Shown in pieces: positions 1 to 9,760 of a DNA stretch of 11,000 bases. Made by a program: the position numbers and the translations under genes. The stretch covers positions 1-11,000 of the forward strand of contig JAKLZA010000289.1 in assembly GCA_030704615.1 (NCBI GenBank). Direction: 5' to 3'. Under the pieces are notes generated by a model. That model had not been told where the DNA came from. It did no database searches and was given only the letters and a program-made list of their open reading frames with translations. The first letter of the stretch is position 1. Each line of letters opens with the position of its first letter. The DNA is from Takakia lepidozioides. Its lineage: Eukaryota; Plantae; Bryophyta.

Positions 1-2321
1 ATTGTTCTTGCTCTCACAGGGGTCGGTGGTGGAGGCTGTGGAAGCGGAAATGGTTCTCTGGGGACGTCAGTGCGCTGTACCATTCGAAATCCTGCGGCGG
101 TAAGGGCGTCGGCCTCAACCTGACTCAGATCGCAGCCTGGTTCCACCGGCCACACCGGGGGAGCCTCTGGCATTGTTTGTATGCCGTACTTGGGCTTTCC
201 ATACACGCAAGTCATAATGTCATGCCTGCAGAACCAGAACTGGGTGGTTGTCGCCTCCGCAAACTTTGCATGGACAAATCTTCCTGTAAAAGTAGGAGCA
301 GGGACAGCCCCATCTGGATTCCTCCTTATCATCTCTAAACAACGTTGCCGTGTATCCACACGAATTGCGGAACACCTTCCTCGAAACGACGGCTTTTGTG
401 CGAGCAATTCTCCACTGTGATGCAGACACAGTCGTCTCCACAATGGCTTGGCCATACTGCATAACAGCGGGCGGAATGTGGGGCAAGGGAGTGGTGGGAA
501 TTTGTTGCACGAAATCCCCGGTTGAAGGCGACGGCGATCTGGAATTTCTTGGGCTTCCACTGCTGGAAGACACATTGTGCGGCAACATGACGGGACCTCG
601 AGGTGCTGTCCGAATGTTCCTGTCGGATCTCCAGGAATCCTCTTCGCACCCGGGTTCCTCTTCTATCCTCCGCCTGACAGGGCGAGTCCGGACGTCCCCT
701 CTAGGTGTTCACCTCTGCGGTGCAGAGGCGTCCCTTTGATCTTCTCTCGCAATGCTGTCGCCCATTTCACTGGATTCTTGGACCTCGAAGCTGTTCGTAC
801 CAACAATTCCTCCCTGTCCGGCCCAAAGCCCCATTGTTTGCCGCTCAGGAACTTGTAGTACGTGGCTTGCTGCATGATTGCTCTGTCGATGTCCTCCGTT
901 GTGGCCGTCACTACGTCCACCAGATGTGCGGCAGAAGACGCTCGCCAGGAGGAGTGGACCGATTCTGCCATATTCGTGTTCGGCATGTCCATGTCGGAAT
1001 CCAAGCACCGCTCCTAGAAGGACACAAACAATGGTGAGGGACCAATCGAAATGTCCGTAACAGAAAGACAAATGAACGAAATTGACAGCAGCCTACCTCC
1101 CGCATGTATTGTCCGAACTGTCGATACCGAAAATGCCACCACCCCAACCAGCTGTGCAATGCTCCCAGATTGGTTGTCTCCACTGCACCTGACGTGTTCC
1201 ACCAAGCCTCGATGATAGCAAACTTAACCTCCGCGTCATCAAATGTGGGTGCATCCTTCCACGCCGTACAAAGGACACGGTGTTCAGCCTGGAATGAGCT
1301 AGCAACAAATTTGGTAGTGTAGTGGGATAGACTCTGCATCCAATGGAATCCACAGGATCTCTCTTTCCCCTCCATTGGAACATTGGGGTCCTCACCGTAC
1401 ACACGCCGCACCGCTGCCCAGTTGGCCTGAGCGTTGTCTGCCATGAATCCCCTGAAATTGGGCTCTGGCAATCCCGCCCTTGCCATCTGCTCGTTTATGC
1501 CCTCCCACAGATGCATCTCGGACTGTGTGTCCTCCCCTTTCATCTCGCAGATTGCAATCGTCATGAGCCTCTTGGAGTGATAGTCATAAACATGCGCACC
1601 CATAGTCACCCACTGATGGTTTGTAATTCGCTTGATGTGATCAACATCACCCAAGCATTCGACAAGTTTCCAGTTGTCATGCGAGTGACCAAGTCGACTC
1701 CACTCCCAGGCCCACACGTCGACATTTTGAAAATGTAACAACGATCGGATTCGCTGCCTTGCCCTGGAAACCTGCTACCTTGGATGTAGTCATATCCAGT
1801 CATTCGTTTCACCTCCAGGATTGAGTACATGTCCGACCCCCTGCCGAACTCCTGCTTGCAAGATACGATGTGATTCCGCACATTCGGACTACAAACGTGC
1901 GAGACGGACTCCAAGAGGTCCCGCATCTCGTCTTCGGTCAAGGGCTCTCGGTCGGAACCATCTTCAGACATGATTTTGCCAAGAGCAATCTTGTGAGCTG
2001 CCTTCAGCTGAATCTGCTTTGGTCTGGCTCCGGGGCTCAATTTGACCTCCTCTTTTATGATGTCGTGTGCTTCCTGCACAGCCTCACGCATGTTGCCTCT
2101 CGCCAAGGGGTGGCAGTGGACCCCAACGTGTATGCAAGCTCTAGTCAAGTCCGGGAGCAAATGGATAACGTAGTATTGCTTGGCTCTGCACATGGACATG
2201 CACGTTAAAACTGTCAGACAACCAAGTTGTGCTCATCAAGACAGGCCGCAATTGTGTTGTTTCGGAACAATGCAACCCATTCAGGTTCCAGATTTCCCGT
2301 CCCGAGTGATTCTTTCGATTG
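1..2321 (-). pseudogene. Mutator/MULE-family DDE transposase, frameshifted; 3' end runs off the window, 5' end abuts the palindrome array
   Basis: Stitching ORFs 1606-2199, 911-1741, 663-1004, 220-588 and an open frame from ~380 to 1 gives one protein. N-terminal C..RACIHVGVHCHP resembles a WRKY/GCM1-type Zn finger. First Asp: WVM[F]DHIKR (~1640; needs +1 nt at 1643-1644). Second Asp: FRGFMADNAQANW (1436-1438). Mutator CxxH signature: CGFHW (1340-1354). Catalytic Glu: PNTNMAESVH (963-965). A Cys-rich C-terminal part follows (RCSAI..QRC..FWFCRHDIMTC). Frameshifts at about 2215, 1643, 680 and 380. Confidence 0.85.
1014..1096 (-). other. Spliceosomal intron in transposase (83 bp)
   Basis: Minus strand reads GAG|GTAGGC...TTCTAG|GAG. 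Removal joins QYMRE in frame to ERCLDSDMDMPNTNMAES, restoring the catalytic Glu segment. Confidence 0.85.
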
Positions 2322-2328
2322 CTGGTGG

Positions 2329-4071
2329 ACGAAAATACGGCGCCGCATTTCCGTATTGCATCTTGGTCATGCACCAGAGCGACGGAAATGCGGCACCGAG
2401 TTTCCGTCCGGGGGAAACCTTTATACTCTCCAGAACGGAAATGCGGTAACGCATTTCCATCCAGCAAGCACGGTATGTGAAGGTCGAACGGAAATGCGGT
2501 ACCGCATTTCCGTTCTGATTGAGATTTATGAACAACGGGAACAGAAATGCGGCACCGCATTTCCGTCCGAGTCGCACTTTTCCGACATTTCAGAACGGAA
2601 AAGCGCCGCCGCATTTCCATTTTGTATCTGATGCATGAGCTGAGGGATTGAAATGCTGGCAGCACATTTCCGTCCTTAAAAGACATTCATACTCTCCAGA
2701 ACGGAAATGCGGTACCGCATTTTCATTCCACAAGCACGGTATGTGAAGGTGGAACGGAAATGCGGTACCGCATTTCCGTTCTGATTGAGATTTACGAACA
2801 ACGGGAACAGAAATGCGGCACCGCATTCCGTCCGAGTCGCACTTTTCGACATTCCAGAACGGAAATGCGGCGCCGCATTTCCATTTTGTATCTGATGCAT
2901 GGAGCCGAGTGCGATTCCGACAGCTTCATACAGCGCAATTCCGACCGCTTGAGACATTCATACTATCCAGAACGAAATGCGGCAACGCATTTCCGTTCTG
3001 ACTGAAAATCGTGAACCATCTGAACTAAATGCGGCACCGTATTTCCATCCGAGTCGCACCTACCAACATTTCAGAACGGAAATGCGGTACCGCATTTCCG
3101 TTCTGACTGAAATCGTGAACCGGTCGGAACTGAAATGCCGGCAACGCATTTCCATCCGAGTCGCACCTCCCAACACCTTCTCGAACGGAATGTATTAGAT
3201 TCAAAAGGGAAATGCGGCACCGCATTTCCGTTCTGATGAAATATCCTGAAACCTCGGAACTGAAATGCGCGTACCGCATTTCCGTGGGAGTCGCACCTTC
3301 CGACATTCCAAAACGGAAATGCGGCGCCCGCATTTCCGTTTTGTAGTGAGGCATGGAGCTTTGGAACGAAAATGCGGCACGGAATTTCCGCCAGCGTCAG
3401 ACGTTAATACTCTACAGAACGGAAATGCGGTACCGCATTTCCATTCTGACTGAAAATCGTGCGCAACGGGAACAGAAATCCGGCACCGCATTTCCGTTCG
3501 CGTCGCACCTTCCGACATTCTAGAACGGAAATGCGGCGCCGCATTTCCGTTTTGTATATTGGCCTGGAGCTGTGCTACGAAAATGTGTACCCGCATTCCA
3601 TCCATGTGAGACCTTCAAACTTTCCGGACCGGAAATGCGGCAACCGCATTTCTGTCCAGTGAGACCTCTATACTTTCCCGAACGGAAATGTGGCACGGCA
3701 TTTCCATTCATCATCTAACGGATGTGAAGTGGGAACGGAAATGCGGTACCGCATTTCCGTTCACATGAAAATCATGAACCACGGGAACTGAAATGTTGTG
3801 CCTCATTCCGTCCCAATCGCACCTTTCGACATTCCAGAACGGAAATGCGGCGCCGCATTTCCCTTTTGAATCTCATACTTGGAGCTGTGGGACGGAAATG
3901 CGGCACCGTATTTCCGTTCAACAACTAAGGTAAGGTGAAGGTGGAACGGAAATGCGGTGCCGCATTTTCTTCAAACAAGTACGGATGTGTAGCAGAGTGA
4001 TCGTACTTAACGGAAATGCGGGCGCCGCATTCGCATTTTCGCTCCAATGATCAGACGCTGGGACGGAAATA
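2329..4071. repeat. Array 1: ~30 palindromes ACGGAAATGCGG-NN-CCGCATTTCCGT at ~53-bp period, with five recurring spacer types (~266-bp higher-order repeat)
   Basis: Copies start at about 2329, 2382, 2435, 2488, 2541, 2595, 2648, 2701, 2754, 2807, 2859 ... 3839, 3892, 3946, 4010. A perfect example is AACGGAAATGCGGTACCGCATTTCCGTT at 2487-2514. Spacers recur, e.g. CAAGCACGGTATGTGAAGG at ~2465 and ~2731, and CCGAGTCGCAC-like spacers about 7 times. Confidence 0.95.
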
Positions 4072-5486
4072 CCTTGAAATGTGAACACGTGGAGCAACGG
4101 AATTGCTGCACATGTCGGCACTCTATCTGACTGAAGGGGGCATGAGGCGGCGCGGCCTGACCGTTCGATAATGATGTTTGTTTTTCGGACGGCAGGCGTA
4201 CCCTCAACGATTCGAATTTCGTAATGACGCAAAACTCCCCGAGGAGACACTTTCGTCCAACCCTTCGAACCCAAGTGGTGCCATCACCGCCGTTTCATCT
4301 ACTTTTGTCGTGTCTCCTCAGTCACCCCTCTCGCGCTCTTTCCATCTGCACTCTTGGCCGTTTTCCCTCTCTCTGTTCTTCTTATGCTCGAACCTGAGAG
4401 GGGGGAGTTCGTGCACCAGCCAGGAAGACCTCGTCGCAAGCTCCGGAAATTTATACTTCGGACGTAGGCCAATGCCGAAGGGGAGGAAGCAGATGCGTCT
4501 ACAGGAGGAGATTGCCATCTCCGAGCAGCAGGCCACTCAGGCAACCCAAGCCACCAGTGAGAGCTCCATGCGATCGGGCTGCGCGCAGCTGATCGAGCAC
4601 CGAACCCCCCATTTTGCTTCTGTAATTCTTAGACTGAATGCTAGGAGACTTGAATGCAGAAACATGTTGTGCATGCCTAACAGGAAAGGTGGACGGCTGG
4701 AGGGATCGGCAGGAATCCGAAGAGCCGCAGGAAGAGTCCGAGAGCTAGCTGCCAGCACGTACACCCACCGATCCCGAGAGCGGTGGGGTATTCCTGCCGG
4801 GCCTAGCCCTCTGCGATTCAAAGACGCGTCTTCGAGGGCAAGTTCAAAGTCCCAGAGATCGACTCGCGTTCTTCGGTCATGGAGAATCGCCAGCAGGGGT
4901 CGGGCCCTTCTCCAGCAAAGTCGAAGAAGAAGCAGCCCGTCCTCTACTGGCTTCTGAACCGGCTCAGGCCGATTCACCCCCCCCAACGCGAATGAAGCAG
5001 AGGGTAGAAGACAGATTCAATTGCAGCAGACCCACCTTCACCTGCAAGGATGAGGAAGCAGAAGGCAATCAGGGCGACGGGCGAACAATCTCCGCAAAAC
5101 CGCTTCCACGAGCTGAAGCTCAGTTCCTGGAGGATTCCCGCCTGCAGATGTTGGGCCGACTCTGCTGCAGCTCAGGCAAGGGATCGACCGGTGATCTCGA
5201 TTGGTACCGGAGGAGGGTGCTGCCGCTCAACGTTCGCCAGCCAAGACCTCACCACCGATGAGCAAGCAGCGCCCGGAGGGGGAGGCCTCTGCAATGGCAG
5301 ATTGCCCGCACACAGGCCCCCAGAGTGCAGCTCCAGTGAGGATTGCTCCAGCTGCTCAGCACTACCGGCACCTACAGACATGTCTCCGGAAGGATTTCAA
5401 AAGTGCAGCGGATAAAAGTTGGAGGAGGACACCACAGTAGCATTGGCAGAGTTCTGGGCAGCAGGGTATTCCAGCGGACTCTTCGA

Positions 5487-5929
5487 ATCCCACTCTGTCG
5501 CATGGTCTCCCTTCCATCGTCAGGCAGGCCCTCCCGGAGATGTGGATAAGCTCAAGTTCGCATTTCGAGAAGGGTACCGTCTGGGATCGGCAACGTTTTA
5601 CGTTTCCATTGAGAATGAGGACGGCGAAACTCGTGGACCCATGCCGATGAATGTCAACGTGGGAAGGTATGGATTGGTATACCAATGGCACACTCGCAAC
5701 CACGAATTCGATGGGGCGACGCTGAAGGGTGATCCCGACTTTCGGCCATATGTCTGGGTAAAATGTTCTTTTGTGTGGACGGGGAATCACCGGACTTCTC
5801 GCCTGTGGCGTACATCAACAGAACCATGCCAAGCACATTGGCTGTGGCATTACATGGTGAGTGTGTCATCATGAAGGTGAAGGCGACAGACTCTCCCTGC
5901 TCAAGAATGCCATGGCGGGACCTCAAATC
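5487..5929 (+). other. ParB/sulfiredoxin-like N-terminal domain segment
   Basis: Across frameshifts: IPLCRMVSLP..VRQAL.GDVDKLKFAFREGYRLGSATFYVS...GKMFFCVDG(+1 G in the GGGG run at 5781-5784)NHR..W. The hydrophobic strand followed by DGxHR is the ParB/Srx signature, preceded by the typical 'IPL...R...DVxKL' region. Confidence 0.65.
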
Positions 5930-6040
5930 GTAAGATAACTCATACCCCCCTAGACGTTCGAAATGCAGGGTGCCGCATTTCGGTTTCACATCGGTTGGGT
6001 TCCGTGCTTCGTGTACTGAACTGGAGAGTGTGCCTTGCAG
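5930..6040 (+). other. Intron containing one palindrome copy (5959-5982)
   Basis: GTAAGA...CCTTGCAG; contains CGAAATGCAGGGTGCCGCATTTCG. Confidence 0.7.
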
Positions 6041-7168
6041 GGTCACTGAAAATGCGTACGTGCATACCCACAGGCACACATGCTGTACAGGGTGAGGAAA
6101 AGGAAAACTGGGCTCACTGATCCGCAGAGTTTGCGGAAATGCGGAAGCCCGAGCTCATTCAGAAAGCCGTTGTGCAAAAACGGACCGACATGGTTTATCG
6201 CTCACTATGGATGGAATGGTGGAGGTATAACAAGTAAGTCGTCCTACAATTTCCCTCTGCTCATCCTTCTCAATTTTCAGTAATGTTTCCCACATGAATC
6301 GAATGTTGTTGTAACGCTTCTGCATGTTTTGTTGGCAGTCAAACATTCAAGCTGGTGGATTTGGCCATGCCAAACGCTTTTCATGGAAAGTGAGGGGCAG
6401 GTCAAAACGTTGCAGTCATTGACTGAGCACTTGAAGGAAGCCCGGTGTCAAGTCCAGAACCAAATACAAGTCAAAGCTTGTGAAGCTGGTGGCAATTGCA
6501 GATCCGGCACTTGGAAAGGACTTCATCCCCGAGATTGCAAAACACTATTCTCGGGCCATGCAGCCGACCATGCAATTGGAGAAACTGCATCACCTCTCAA
6601 CGGCATGTGTGGAGGCGAAAGAGAAGGTGAGGTTTCAATGCACTGAAGTTCCTTCCTAGCAATAGCCACTCTCTTCCAGCTCCTGACATTGGATCGGAAA
6701 TGGCAGACACGGTGGCTGTCGATCTGGAATGCATCCGAGAGCATAAGGACAATGTGGTCTTTTCCACTGGAAGTTTCCGACCCTGCAGTGGATGTGTGGC
6801 TCAACCGTATGACTTGGTGGTTCCAGGTAATTCAAGGTACTTCCCCAGATTTGCTTTTCTGAATGAATTCCCTGAACTGCTACGTGACAATGCATTTGGG
6901 AATCGCAGGTAATGTCGAATGCGAAGGAGCAAGTCGTAATGCACACAAATTCGTTCGGCTTGTACGTCAAATGGGATGGAACACAGACATTGGAAGACTA
7001 CGTGACACGTTTCAGATGTGCGTACAAGGACAACCCTTTTCGCCAGAGAGCTACAGACAGCAAGAAGGAGCGTGGAGTTTACACATCAGGAGGGAGCGGG
7101 GAAAGCTGCAATGCGAATTGTTTACAGGTGAAGCACAGCTGCCCTTGTATGCGAAGCCTGGTTACGAG

Positions 7169-7273
7169 GTTTGTCTCGGAAATGCGGCACCGCATTCGCA
7201 TTTTATGTTTTCGGTGGCACTCTGCCAGTAGGTTGGTCTCAACTTTTGCTCACGCATGCTGACTGCCTTGCAG
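7169..7273 (+). other. Intron containing one palindrome copy (7178-7197)
   Basis: GTTTGT...CCTTGCAG; in-frame join TR|YMKY; contains GGAAATGCGGCACCGCATTC. Confidence 0.75.
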
Positions 7274-8112
7274 GTATATGAAATACGTGCTCCTTCAGAC
7301 AGGGGCCCTGGCTCAAGAGCCCCCGTTCTTCATGGCTTGGACCGTGGCGGGCCCAAGCTGTGTCTACACACCCGAGATGCAGAAACAATGGCATCCCGCG
7401 CATCTCGTTGGATGCCCGTGGTACCTGGACATGTCTGGCGGTATTGTTGACGAGTCTGAGAAAGATCTGCACGCCTTGGCAGAAGAGAAGAGAAAGGAAA
7501 AGACGTGTCCCTGCTGGGCCAAAGTCGGCAAAGGAATCTGCTGCTCTGGAAGAATCCAGAAAGGCAGCTGAGATGGCACAAAAGACGGTGGATGCAGCTG
7601 TGCAGGCCCAACAGAAGGGGTCGAAGAAGAGGACTCGCAGCAGCAAGGAGCAGCTGTTGTGACCCCGCCAAAACGAAGAAGCAGAAACAGCCTGTTCAGG
7701 AAGAGGGTGAGGAAGAGGACTCCGATGGAGACTTTGCAACCAGCCCACCCCCCAAACGCAGGCTGCCTCCCCTGTGCCCACCGTTGTCACGAGAGGCACG
7801 AGAACTGGCTCGGCAAAGAAGGCACTCTTCAACCCCCCAGGGGGGCACCCTTTCGAGCCGGTGGAAATGAAGAGGCCGAAAGTGGCTCCCGAAACTGTAG
7901 TCCAGTGTGTAAATGAGAGTTTCTTGGCGGCTTTGGATGGACGGGCAGCCAAGTTGGCATACCTGAAGACCATGGAGGGTCTGAAGGGCAGAGCACTGAA
8001 GAAGGCGACTGCCGAAGAGCCTTCCGACACCCCAGGATTTCAGAATATGGTCTCGTTCTTTGAGAGGGTGTGTGCAGACAAGGATTGTAGGAGGGGCGGA
8101 AATGCCACCGAG

Positions 8113-8925
8113 TGGTCTTGCGATATGATCATCTTGGATATTCCGGACGGAGAGCCTGTGGAAGGACTGCAAGCTTTGCCATCTTGGAACAGGTACTCGG
8201 AGGACTTTTGGAAGAAAGGATTCGGGCTTGCCCGCATGGTGTTGGACGACAGAGGCTGTGTGGTTGTCCTGGCGAGCAGAGGAAAAAACACTCAGACAGG
8301 AATTGCGAAGTGGACCCGCAAGAGCGCCGTCCCGATTCTGAAAAGAAGTGGACGTGCATCAACACACTGGGCCTTCGGTCGGAAGGGAAGAAGGTGATTA
8401 CGACACTGGCACTCGTCCATTCATTGCTTGGGTGTTTTCAAATGCGGTGCCGCATTCGGTTTCTAATCGTTTCCCCCTGTGTATGCAGACGAAGCAGTTC
8501 GATGCATACTGCTTTGTGAAGGAGAACTCCACCTTTGCTTTCCGGAAGGAGGGAGGAAAGGTTGACCCGAACTGCGACCCACTCGATTACGACGTTCTGT
8601 TCAACAACGTTCCCAAGGAACTTCTCCCTCATAGCCTCACTTCAACGGAACCCTGCGGTACTCACGGACTCGGAGCCCTGCCTTCATTCAGACAATTATG
8701 GAGACATGCACAGACGTGGAGGGCACAGTGCTCGACCTCATGTGGGACAGGTATGCAGAATCTTGATCTATGCTGTTCTGCAAATTCTCGTTAGGATGTA
8801 GTTCGCAACATCTGAAGCGCCATGTGGTAATGTGTGGATGGCATTTTGTAACAGGTGCCTCAATGTGGGCTGGGCGGTTTTCCGACCGGCACCTCTTTGC
8901 CTACGAGGAGGATTCATCCGTGTGG
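8113..8925 (+). other. Beta-class (N6A/N4C) DNA methyltransferase-like domain
   Basis: Motif IV-like CDMIILDIPDG (DIPD at 8137-8148; cf. DLIxxDPPY). Then FGLARMVLDDRGCVVV (cf. xxRxLKxxGxxxx) and RSPAFIQTIMETCTDVEGTVLDL[M]CGTG|ASMWAGRFSDRHLFAYEED (cf. KPxxL..LI..xT..GD.VLDPFxGSGTT..AA...GR..IGxE). Motif IV before motif I is the beta order. Needs a 2-nt repair at ~8741 and the 8751-8854 intron. Confidence 0.75.
8394..8488 (+). other. Intron containing one palindrome copy (8440-8457)
   Basis: GTGATT...GTATGCAG; in-frame join GKK|TKQF; contains AAATGCGGTGCCGCATTC. Confidence 0.7.
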
Positions 8926-9760
8926 GGATCCATCTGGAGGGCTGCAACGGAATGTGAAGGCTCCCGACAGAGCGGAAGTCTCCTCGGATTCGTCGGAGTC
9001 CGAGGAAGACACAGTGGACATTGATGCGGAGGGAGAAACCCGGAAATACGAGTGAAGTGCAAACATGTAAGTGCAAAGCCTTCTGGGTCATTTATGTCAA
9101 ACGAATTTCCCGACTGTGGTTCTCATTAGTCTCGTTGATGATTGTCATGTGCAGGATTGCAGGGTCCGGGTCGAAACATGTAGGGCCTACACTTCCTGCC
9201 AGGAAGAATGTCCCGTTCTTTGCGAGGGCCGATTTCATGACGAGCCCGGTGAGGGACTACTCCCTTCCTAGTTATGCAGCTAAACTCGCAAATACAGCGA
9301 TTAGAAGAAGTGAGAATCCCAGTAAAGTAGAGCAGATTTTGGAGAGGGCTAGGGAGGACAGAAGGATAAGGAAAGAGTTGGCAGCAGCTCAGACAGGTAG
9401 ACGGGTACGAAAGTACATATGTGATTCAGCGGATGAGAGCGACGCAGACAGGGAGGAAGACGACCCAACGGAGGTGAGATGGACAGTTCCGCAAGGGGAA
9501 GATGGGATTTTCGAAAGCCTGGCCAACGAGCAGTCCGCTGGAGATGAGAGAGGCACTGAGGGGGTGGAGGAGGAGCAGGACAGTCTAGAACAGGATGAGG
9601 ATTCGGATGATTTTCAAGATTAATAGAATTTTAATGAAGTCTCTGTAAATGTAAATTCTCTTCCAGAGTATATAAAGGAAATTCTGCCCGACATTCGTGA
9701 CCCCTCTCCAGTGTGCATTCCAGCCACACAATCGCCCAAACCACGACGCTCCCAAAATCA

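Larger units (their letters stand above)
4472..9623 (+). pseudogene. Multi-exon accessory gene: low-complexity N-terminus, ParB/Srx-like domain, helical region, beta-class amino-DNA-methyltransferase-like domain, acidic tail (many frameshifts; start codon uncertain)
   Basis: Putative ATG at 4472 (MPKGRKQMRLQEEIA). GT-AG introns at 5930-6040, 6234-6338, 6627-6706, 6827-6908, 7169-7273, 8394-8488, 8751-8854 and probably 9067-~9162. Several give clean in-frame joins (EAKEK|TRWLSIW; MTWWFQ|VMSNAK; SLVTR|YMKYVL; SEGKK|TKQFD; CGTG|ASMW). Ends ...EQDEDSDDFQD TAA at 9621-9623, followed by AT-rich sequence. Confidence 0.75.

Noticed and set aside
220-330. SWIM-like WGCPCSYFYRKICPCKVC in ORF 220-588
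   Set aside because: It lacks the SWIM CxH ending and stops soon after, while the adjacent frame stays open to the window edge and looks more protein-like. Probably out of frame, though not fully excluded.
2141-4070. Many overlapping ORFs with KCGTAFP / NAVPHFRS / EMRxRISV repeats on both strands
   Set aside because: They are translations of the palindrome, giving the same peptides on both strands; there is no evidence of coding.
2329-4071. CRISPR array
   Set aside because: Spacers recur in five classes instead of being unique, the repeats are degenerate, no cas genes are present, and the context is intron-containing eukaryotic DNA.
7239-8172. Long minus-strand ORFs (263 aa, 158 aa)
   Set aside because: Antisense shadows of the low-complexity K/E-rich plus-strand exon.
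8113-8925. Bacterial restriction-modification system or contaminant
   Set aside because: Motifs are split by GT-AG introns, no nuclease partner or operon structure is present, and the neighbour is an intron-bearing MULE transposase.
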